Source: Epithemia pelagica
Taxonomy: Eukaryota > Protista > Bacillariophyta
Reading direction: 5' to 3'
Assembly: GCA_946965045.2 (NCBI GenBank)
Contig: OX337233.1
Span: 620,001-684,000, forward strand
DNA length: 64,000 nucleotides
The notes below the pieces were generated by a model. That model saw only the letters and a program-made list of their open reading frames with translations, ran no database searches and was not told where the DNA came from. Both the position numbers and the translations under genes were made by a program. Numbering within the stretch: position 1 is the first letter of the stretch; each line of letters opens with the position of its first letter. Below are positions 11,845 through 21,302 of this stretch, piece by piece.

Positions 11845-13670
11845 TTACCACACTTTCCACCACGGACGACGATGCGGTTGGTCGTTGTTAGTATTGTTGT
11901 TGTTCGAAACGGGTTTTGTTGGTGTCGTCGTCGTTGTAGTTGTTAGTTTGTCAATGTTTTCATCCTTATTGTCCTTATCGTCGAGGCGGTTCGTGCCGTC
12001 GTCGTCCTTTTGGTGGTGCTTGTCCGTGAAGTGGGTGCTGCCACTGCTACTGCTGCTGTTCGGAGGTTGTGGTGGTTCACGGGTGGAGGGAGGAAGTGAC
12101 GTTGGGACGGTCGTCGTCGTAGTAGTAGTGGGGTTGGTGCTACCATCCTCTTGGTTCGTTTTCCCTTCCTCTTCCACGGGCGAGGAGGAGAGTGATAAAG
12201 ACCCAAGAATGGAAGACAGCGATGTTTGGTCTTTAGGAATCATGGTTTTCACGTGATTCGTGCCTTGCTTCCACAAGTCTTGCATCCACCCGGAGGATTG
12301 CGTGCCTTGTTCTTGTTCCAATTGTTTCTTTTTTCGTTCGCGATACTTGACTTGTTCGGCCTTGGCCAGGGTCAGGAGCCATTGATCGCGTTCTTCGAGG
12401 GCTTGTTGTTGTTCTTCGACTTGACCGCCTCCAATGGTGGGAATTACCATGGGCGTCGTATTTGTATTGGTTGTTGTATTGGCACTCCGAATAGGAGTGC
12501 TTCGACTATGGTCATCGTCGGCAAAGGGATCGCCGCCACCGCCGGTGGGTACAATCGTCGTGGAGGATTGGACTGTTGGTAATGGTTGGTGTCGTTGTTC
12601 TTGATGAGCCAATCGTTCTTCCAAGGCTTGAATGCGTTGCAGCAAGACGGACAGGGAAGGAGATAGGTGCAGTGCGTCGTCCTTATTCTTGTCGTCGTCG
12701 TCTGGAGGTGTCGTTGCTGCTGGTGATTGGTTGGAATCCAGTGAGCTTGAAGAAGTACTAGTAGTGGTGAATGCATCCGATTGGGATTGGTTTGTGGTTG
12801 TTGTTGACGCCGCAAGGGCTGTTGATGGTTGCTGTTGAAGTTGTGCTGGTTGTTGGGAATCACCATTCTCCTCCTCATAGGGTTTTCTTCTCGCTGGTGA
12901 AACATGGGGGAGGGTCCCGCAAACAAAAAGGTGTTCTTGTTGCTCTTGTTCTTGATGCTCTTGTTCTTGTTGTGATTGGGATCAAACGAGGCTGGAATTG
13001 TGCCATGGACCATCCATTTATACAGTTCTCGACACGCCGTTTGTAATTGCTGCAAGAGGGGCAGTCCAAATCGTTCTTGACAAAACAAGTCGTGTTGTTC
13101 CAAGGCTTGTTCTTGTGTGAGTGACCCTTGTTGGACCATTTCTTGCAATTCCAGCAAGGCTCGATCCGATTCGTACGCTTCCATCAGCGGACGACCGTAC
13201 CATTCGCAAAACAAAATGATACCGGCCGTGGGTGCCAAGACCCAAGACTGTCGCGACGATATTCCAAAACCACCAATTCTCGTCCATGACGAGCGGCTTT
13301 TAATTCGGTGCCACTGCTCGAGTATCGAGAAAGCGTCAAATGGACTTGATAGTCAGCATCCCACCAATTGCAACCGACGGTAGGCCATATTTGTCCCTGT
13401 AGCATTGAATTGCGCACATTACGTAGGCTTAGACAAATACTTTGGCATTACCCTACACGTACAACGAGTCGTCATGAATGCCATGGTGGCAAGGACGACG
13501 ACGACAACGTCCAGAGGGACATGGTTATCTCAAAGAAGAAAGGATCATTGAAACGTGGGTCATGGTGATGGTGATGGATGGATTTTGGATCTTTGATGGA
13601 CGGATTGGATCTTCCGTCTGTCCATCTGTCTACCGAGCAGTCGCGTTGCGGTCGCTTCAAGGGAAGATAC
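11845..13670 (-). pseudogene. Frameshifted copy C of the partner gene
   Basis: ORFs 12444-13238 (APTAGIILFCEWYGRP...) and 11845-12645 (QRIQALEERL...RRPWWKVW) are consecutive parts of the intact protein in different frames; 5' part also broken. Confidence 0.8.
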
Positions 13671-14312
13671 CTTTGCGGAAACAACAAAGATCCAAAATCA
13701 TGTCGAAAGAAATGAGAGAGATGGGACGGTTGTGGATCAAGAGAAGAAGTGTGCGTGTCCCTGTGTTGTCGAGAGAAAAAGAGATTCCAGCACGAGAGAG
13801 AAGAGACAGTCAGAGCAGAATAGTAGCCGAAGCATGCTCAATGTTCACCCGAATCTACACGTCGCTCACGGTATAATAGTATATGGCATCCAAAAACCAA
13901 GGCTCCTCGTGTCTCATTTCCCTCGAGACGCGAAACAAAACGAACGCAGTCCACTTGGCGTCACAGAGAGTTTGCCTATGGAACAGGTGGAGATTGTGGA
14001 CGGACCCCTTGTCTCCTCTCAACTATACCTGTATATAGAGGGACAACACGCATACTCGCGTCGTTTATCTGTGCAACTTGGGAGTATGGATAGCATTGGA
14101 TACTGAACAAGTGGGATCCCAAAAATTGGGGAATTTATAACCAATCAATGTGTCAACGAAGCTCAACGGGTCGTGACATGGCTGCGCTGGCGTTCTTGAA
14201 AGAGTGTTTCTCATCAAAAGCTGACATGCCTCGCGGTTCGCATCAAAAGCTGAATTATCTACACAACTGACTTTTACACACTTTCTTGTGTTCCCAATTC
14301 TATCCAAGGACG

Positions 14313-16002
14313 ATGCAAGAACAAGCGAGATTGTCCAATCTTGTCTTTCCTGACACGAACAAAGATGAAATGCCACAATGGAAATCCGACTCATGGCCAC
14401 CGCTTTTGGGTGGATGGCGTAATTTTCATGCATCGGTTATTGTGAATGGCGAGAAAAAGGAACAACAGACAGTCGTTGTCATTGGAGGAGATACAGCAAA
14501 GGGTGTCACAAATTCGGTGTTGTTGTTGGATTTGGACAAGGACACGAAGGAGTGGAGGGTAGGTCCAAGCCTGAACAAGAAACGTCGTGGACATGCAGCA
14601 GTGGTTTGTAATGGCTCCGTTTACGCATTGGGAGGATACTGTACTGGTCGTTTTCTGAATTCGATAGAGCGGATTGATCTTGTAGATTTGCTGAAGTCAC
14701 CTAGTACTACCAACGACAAGAAGCATTGGATGACATTGGAATGTACATTGTCCGCTCAAAAAAGTGGATGTCAAGCTGCTGTAGTACATGATCGATTTGT
14801 TGTGGTCGTTGGTGGATACAATGGAGAATGCTTGTCGTCGACTGATATCATTGATACGGCAGAACAAACTCAACATACTGTGATTGCAGGCCCTTCCATG
14901 ACGACTCCTCGATCTTTGAGTGGAATGGCGGTTGTCGGTCATCGTATCTTTGTCATTGGTGGGATTAATGGAAGTTCCAGATTAAACTCTGTCGAATACT
15001 TGGACTTCATCGAAGCTTCTAAGGAGACCAATGAGGATTTGAGTTTTATCTTTCGTTCATCGTTGAAATGGAAAGTCCACAGGGATCTGGTCCTTTCTGC
15101 CCCTCGGTATTCACATGCTGTGGCAAAAGTCGGGACCTGTCTGATTGTGACTGGAGGTAGTACCGATGAAATCGTAAAGTCAGTAGAAGTATTGGACACA
15201 AAGCGCAACGTGGTGTTCAACATATCTGACATGATCGTGGAGCGGAAGACGCATAGCGTGGTTTCATTGCCAGACGGAATTGCTGTCATTGGAGGGCTTC
15301 GTGAAGAGAGCTGCGACACGCTCTCAGTGATGGACATGAGCGAACACACCAAGGTACGGTGTGGCTGTTGCAGTATGAATTGGTTTTGATATCGCAAGGG
15401 ACTTGAGAAGATGATCCCTTACGATGATTTCGTGATATGTTCTTTTTTCACAGAATCTCCAGACCAGGTATTCGTGTCGTGCTGAGCTCGACATGGAACT
15501 TAAAAAACTCAACAGCAAGATTCAACTTGCAAATAGGGACCGTAGCAATATCAAGGCGCTTCAAGAAGCCATTGAGGCGGAATCCTTGCTACCCGTCGTG
15601 GAAAATCTTCAAGATCAGGATGACAAGTTCCGCTCTGTACATGAGCTTGAAGCAGCTATTAACGAACTGAAATGGAAGCTGCAGGATATGCACAGTTTGG
15701 CAGTGTGTCTTCCAATTGCTCGCAAGATCAAAGAGCTGAAAAACCTTGTCGACTTGAATGTCAGTTTCGGTGCTGGTTCGAAAGTAGATGTTGAGGCTGA
15801 ATCCCGATCATTGACCGGAAACGAGACACTACCAGTGTCCAACTGTGCTACAGATGAACTCTCGAATGCTTGCGATGATCCCGAAGAGCGATTTATGAAA
15901 CTGGAAGATATGATGATTGAACAAAGGAACATGATGGTTCAACTTTCCGATCGGGTTGGTCAACTTTCTGATCGGGTTGGTGTGCTTGAGAAGAAGAACT
16001 AG
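14313..16002 (+). CDS. Kelch-repeat protein paralog 4 (intron 15354-15453)
   Basis: Removing the 100-nt AAG|GTACGG...TTTTCACAG intron gives EHTK-NLQTRYSCRAELDMELKK in frame; six Kelch blades. Confidence 0.88.
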
Positions 16003-16356
16003 GTCCATTCTTAGTTTGAGATGGTGAAGTAGTTGCATTCTTTTTTTTTGAGATGGAGAACCGCAGGTCCATTCTGTCATGTTTGCGATCTTTTAGCATT
16101 ACGACCACATATTACTTCTTACTAGTCCAACTCTTGTGTGTTGTTTGAAATAGCGACAATGATTGCTGTGTCATAATGTGACCTCAATTCCTTTAAGAAT
16201 AGAGGTGGATCAATATACAAAGTTTGAACACCTCGTCTCACGTGGGCGGAATTCGATCATATACGAGTGTGTTGGTGGTGGTTCTCTGGGATACTTTATA
16301 GAGACAGAGTAAGACATTGTCGTTTTCAGGGTGTGGCCGTTAGCAAAAAAGATCGT

Positions 16357-18504
16357 TTACCACACTTTCCACCACGGACGGCGATGCGGTGGGTCGTCTG
16401 TAGTATTCTTGTTGTTCAAAACGGGTTTTGTTGGTGTCGTCGTCGTCGTTGTTGTTAGTTTGTCTATGTTTTCATCCTTATTGTCCTTGTTGTCGAGACG
16501 TTTCGTGGTGTCGTCGTCCTTTTGGTGGTGCTTGTCCGTGGAGTGGGTGCTGCTACTGCTGTTGCGGGGTTGAAGTGCTTCGCGGGTGGAAGGTGGCGTT
16601 GTCACGGTCGTCGTCGTCGTCGTCGTGGTGTGGTTACTTCTACCATCCTCTTGGTTCGTTTTCCCCTCCTCTTCCATCGGCGAGGAGGAAAGTGATAAGG
16701 ACCCAAGAATGGAGGACAGTGCTGTTTGGTCAGGAAAAATAGTTTTCACGTGATTCGTGCCTTGCTTCCACAGTTCCTCCATCCAGGATGGTTCCTTGTC
16801 AGGTTGTTCTTGTTCCAATTGTTTCTTTTTTCGTTCGCGATACTTGACTTGTTCGGCCTTGGCGAGGGCGAGGAGCCATTGATCGCGTTCCTCAAGGGCT
16901 TGTTGTTGTTCTTCGACTTGACCGCCTCCAGTGGTGGGAATGACAATGGGCGTCGTAGTTTGGGGAGTAGTACTAGTACTCATACTCCTGCTATAGTCAT
17001 CGTCGGCAAAGGGATCGCTTCCACCAACGGTTGGTGCAATCGTTGTTGAGGATGGTGCTGCTGGTAATGGTTGGTGTCGTTGTTCTTGATGGGCCAATCG
17101 TTCTTCCAAGGCTTGAATGCGTTGGAGCAAGACCGACAGGGAAGGAGATAGGTGGAGTGCGTCGTCCTTATTCTTGTCGCCGTCGTCTGGAGGTGCCGTT
17201 GCTGTGGGTAGTGATTGGTTGGAATCCAGTGTCTTTGGAGATGTACTAGGACTAGTAGTAGAAGATGGATCCGATTGGGATTGGTTTGCGGTTGTTGTTG
17301 CCGCCACAAGGGCTGGTGCTGGTGGCTGTTGAAGATGTGCTGGTTGTGGATTCTTCTTCTCCGCCTCATTGGGTTCTTCTTCTCGTTGGAGAAACATGGG
17401 GGAGGGTCCCGCAAACAACAACGATGTGTTGTTGCTGCCCTTGTTCTTGTGGTGATTGGGATCCAACGAGGCTGGTATCGTGCCATGGACTATAAATTCA
17501 TAGAGTTCGCGACACGCCGTTTCCAATTGCTGCCAGAGGGGCAGTCCAAATCGTTCTTGACAAAACAAGTCGTGTTGTTCCAAGGCTTGTTCTTGTGTGA
17601 GGGAGCCTTGTTCAACCATTTCTTGCAATTCGAGCAAGGCGCGATCCGATTCGTAGGCTTCCAGTTGCGGACGACCGTACCATTCGCAAAACAAAATGAT
17701 GCCAAGCGTCGGTGCCAAGACGGTGGCGACAATATTCCAAAACCACCATCGTTCATCCATGACGAGGGGTTTGTAATTGGGTGCAATTTTTTGGGTATCG
17801 AGAATGCGTTGCCCCGTTTGCATGTCGACTTGATAGTCGGGATCCCAGGTTCGCAAAATGGATTGGCGCACCCATTGCATCCGACTGTAGGCCGTATCCA
17901 GTCCTTGTTGCACCATGCCAGATTTTTCGGTCGCACGATATTGTCCCTGTAGCATGAGATTGCGGACCCACCAGGACGAGGACGACATGGAATTGGATTG
18001 CGTCAAGCGACGCAATCGTTGGCGTGTCGTTGTAGTAGTAGTATTGGAGGTTGAAGATTGGGTCGATTTGCGTTTGCGATGTTTCTTGCTGGTCTTGGTT
18101 GCCGTCTTGCTGTTGGTGGTGACTGTGGCTTTTGCTTCCGTTGTCGTCGTCAAGTGATGTCTCTGTTGGTGTGGGAGGAATCGTTGGTCCAGTATTTTGT
18201 GTCTCGTACTAGTAATGGTCGGATTTCTTTTCAAGAAGAAGAGCCCTCCTCGCCACCCGATAACCACCAGCCGATGCGGCTGCGATGACGAGAAACAACA
18301 ACAACAAAAAGACGACGCCCCCAGTGACATTTTCTCGGAGGACTGGACTGCGTGGTCTCGTCGTGGTAGTTTTTGTATTGTGTCTTCACAAGCAACGACA
18401 ACAACAGTAACAACAACAAAGAAGAAGAAAAGGATGCTCCAAACACACACACACCAAGAGACGAGAGTTCTTTTGTCGATTGGGTTGTTATGATTTTCTG
18501 TCAT
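16357..18504 (-). CDS. Hypothetical membrane protein with a TM segment, coiled coils and a C-terminal RRPWWKVW (start codon uncertain)
   Basis: Uninterrupted 748-codon ORF; hydrophobic WWFWNIVATVLAPTLGIILFCEW; segments conserved in three decayed paralogs. Confidence 0.75.
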   Translation of the reverse strand: MTENHNNPIDKRTLVSWCVCVWSILFFFFVVVTVVVVACEDTIQKLPRRDHAVQSSEKMSLGASSFCCCCFSSSQPHRLVVIGWRGGLFFLKRNPTITSTRHKILDQRFLPHQQRHHLTTTTEAKATVTTNSKTATKTSKKHRKRKSTQSSTSNTTTTTTRQRLRRLTQSNSMSSSSWWVRNLMLQGQYRATEKSGMVQQGLDTAYSRMQWVRQSILRTWDPDYQVDMQTGQRILDTQKIAPNYKPLVMDERWWFWNIVATVLAPTLGIILFCEWYGRPQLEAYESDRALLELQEMVEQGSLTQEQALEQHDLFCQERFGLPLWQQLETACRELYEFIVHGTIPASLDPNHHKNKGSNNTSLLFAGPSPMFLQREEEPNEAEKKNPQPAHLQQPPAPALVAATTTANQSQSDPSSTTSPSTSPKTLDSNQSLPTATAPPDDGDKNKDDALHLSPSLSVLLQRIQALEERLAHQEQRHQPLPAAPSSTTIAPTVGGSDPFADDDYSRSMSTSTTPQTTTPIVIPTTGGGQVEEQQQALEERDQWLLALAKAEQVKYRERKKKQLEQEQPDKEPSWMEELWKQGTNHVKTIFPDQTALSSILGSLSLSSSPMEEEGKTNQEDGRSNHTTTTTTTTVTTPPSTREALQPRNSSSSTHSTDKHHQKDDDTTKRLDNKDNKDENIDKLTTTTTTTPTKPVLNNKNTTDDPPHRRPWWKVW

Positions 18505-19342
18505 GGTGTGATGGGCGCGATGGATGGTTTGGATCTTCCGTCTGTCAGTCGAACCATAAAATTGTGACGCGCTTAGGTCGCGGACTATGTCCAAAGAAAC
18601 CACAAGACATGTAGATATATAGAGAATTTCGTCATAGATGCCTCTTTCTTTCTAGTATGGGATGTGGACCTCTCTACTCTACTAGACAAAGGAAGAGACG
18701 TTGTGGGTGTGAGGATATCAAAGAGGGATGTGGATGAATTCGTGGCCCTCCGTGTTGGAAGCGCTATTCTGGAATATGGTCCTCGTCCCGTAGTTTTTCC
18801 CCAGAGGCAGTGCCCTCTCTCAACCGCGTATGGATTGTTCCATTGTCCGGACCACTGGTGGTTGTGGCTGTTCCATACATACATACATAGAAACATCCAT
18901 AGAAACGCACAAGAACATCATCACTATCTATTACCCGTATCTCCATTCCTCTTATTCGTTGTACCAACGAGTGGTTTGGTATTCTTGCATGGTATGCGAG
19001 TCTCTCTATCCAACGGCAAACACGCAAAGGAGAGAGACTGCCACACATGACACAAACAACAACCACCAAGCGGGGACTTGGAACGAGAAGCAAGGACAAT
19101 CCTCCTGTGGGTGTACCGCGCGTACTACTACGAATCTATAGAGTATTTTCGAAATGACAATCTATTATAAACAATGGGCGTACCGTTGTGTCTCCCATAG
19201 AGAGAGGCTGGGAGTGTTGGTACCACCACCGGTATAGTATTCCAGCCATGGATATGATGTGTCGTTCCCGCATATTGGGACCAGGACAACAACGACATGG
19301 ACTGTCGTTTCGTTCGTTCGTTCATTTCCTCGGAGTTTTCCC

Positions 19343-20419
19343 TTACTTGCCGTGTCCCAATTTCCCATACATGTACGACATGGCGGCACCGACCAGAAAG
19401 CTGCCCGACACGGCATTGCCGACCGTGACGGGCAATAAATTGTGCAATACCGCCGTTTCCACCGAAATATCCGTCGTACTCAACAAACCAGCCGGCAACA
19501 AGAACATGTTGGCCACGCTGTGTTCAAAGCCAATGCTGACAAAGGTACTGACGGGCAACCAAATGCTCAAGTATTTGCCGCCCATGTCCTTGGCTTGCAG
19601 ACTCAAAAAGACGGCCAAACAGACGAGCCAATTGCAAAACAAGGCCTTGACCAAGACGGGACCCAAGGCGGCACTCGTCTTGGTTTCCAACACGTGGGCC
19701 GCCAAGATACCGGCGCCGCCGTCCAAGACCCCAGCGTATTTGCAGGCCAAGGCAAACGTCAGACATCCGAGCAAATTGCCACACCACGACAAACCCAAGG
19801 ATCGCATCAGTTGCGGCAACGTCATTTTGCCTTCGCACAGGGCCGCCATGTTGCTGGCGGTATTGCCGGTATACAATTGACCGCCACATTGCAAGGTCAA
19901 GAGCAAATTGACGGGAAAGAGTGCGCCAAACAAGAATTTTTGCAAGCCCGGTGCTTCCAGGCCGAGTTCGGGACAATTGCCGGCCACGGCCAAACTCAAC
20001 ATGGCCCCCATGCCGACATAGGCACCGCCCAAAATGGACGAAAACATGGTTTTGGACAGACTGGCCTGTGCATTCAATTCGCCCTTGTGCACCAATTCGT
20101 GATAGGCTTGGACTGGCGTCAGCACATTGCTCACTTGGGAAAAGTCTACATTGGCGGCCGCCGGAACCGAAGCCGACAGCATGACTTGCTGTTGCTGTTG
20201 TTGCTGCTCTAGTGACATGGCAGGCACTGTCGCCGCCGTCATGACCTCAAAGGGATCCATCAAGGTACTGCTGGTGCCTCCCGATGGCGTTGTGGCAATG
20301 TTGGAAACCGCCGGTGGGTTGACTGTCGTCATGGTCTTGGGAGATGCTTGAAAGGCATGACTGGAGGATGCCGCCACAACAAAGAGCAAGGAAACGGTGG
20401 TTCGTTGAGAGGGTCGCAT
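19343..20419 (-). CDS. Formate/nitrite transporter (FNT family, NAR1-like), probably plastid-targeted
   Basis: FNT motifs ILGGAYVG, LFPVNL, GGQLYTGN, WCGNLLG, KALFCNWLVCLAV, GFEHSVANMF, LLPVTVGNAVSG; signal peptide followed by SHA|F resembles the diatom ASAF motif. Confidence 0.93.
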   Translation of the reverse strand: MRPSQRTTVSLLFVVAASSSHAFQASPKTMTTVNPPAVSNIATTPSGGTSSTLMDPFEVMTAATVPAMSLEQQQQQQQVMLSASVPAAANVDFSQVSNVLTPVQAYHELVHKGELNAQASLSKTMFSSILGGAYVGMGAMLSLAVAGNCPELGLEAPGLQKFLFGALFPVNLLLTLQCGGQLYTGNTASNMAALCEGKMTLPQLMRSLGLSWCGNLLGCLTFALACKYAGVLDGGAGILAAHVLETKTSAALGPVLVKALFCNWLVCLAVFLSLQAKDMGGKYLSIWLPVSTFVSIGFEHSVANMFLLPAGLLSTTDISVETAVLHNLLPVTVGNAVSGSFLVGAAMSYMYGKLGHGK

Positions 20420-21302
20420 GATGTATATAGATAGTATTTGGTTGTTTGATCGATATAAAGAACGATGAGTGGTGGTTTTATGTTCTTTCTAGAGGTCAAA
20501 GCCAACGGCAGCAGCTGAGATCTGATGCAGCACTGTTGGATGTTTGGTGGATGTGGATCATGCTGAGGACAACTCGCTCGTCGAGAGAAGATGATTCAGA
20601 GGGTTTGTTGCGTGGTGATAGTTCGTAGATTTAGAGTGTGTGATGGACGACGTCGCCGTTCTCGCTTGGGGGTTCCGAATTGTAGGCGGTACTCTGGAGA
20701 CTGTGGAGATTCCGTATCGGATGGTCTCTCTGTGTGTATGGCGAGTATGAGTAATGAGTACCATGATGATCTGATGAGGGATCTGAGCAAAAGGATTCCA
20801 TGGAATGCATCGGCGTTTTTGTGAAGAATCTACGTCAAACGGCGCTGAGCTGGTTTGCTCAGCTGGCGCGCTTCCGCGACTCTATTTGGTCGCCTTTTTA
20901 AGCGACTCTATCGTATTGGTCGCGTCTCGTAGATCGTCGCGTATATAGTGCGTGCCACCCGGTGAACGGCGCCCATCCCCGAAACACACACACAATGACA
21001 AACAGAGACAACGGATCGTTGTCCTCTCCTGTCCTCGCTTCTAGATATAGTCGTTGTCCTCTTGTCCCATCCTTCCAGAGTTTGGCTACTTGGTAAGTAA
21101 ATGTCCATGATTGATGGAATAGTGAGTGTGACAAACCACAAAGAATAATCGAGGATCGAGAAGAAAGGTGTGTGTTTGGTTCCAACGGCGGCCGCAACCC
21201 GTAGAACGCATCTGTACTGGACTGTACTTCTTCTTGTTCTTCTTCTCGACGCGGCCCAATCCTCCAAGACGAACCAACAAGAAGAAGAACAAGAGCACCA
21301 CC

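Noticed and set aside
19188-20212. Long antisense ORFs (230 and 256 aa) over the FNT gene
   Set aside because: Shadow frames of a GC-rich coding strand; no recognisable motifs
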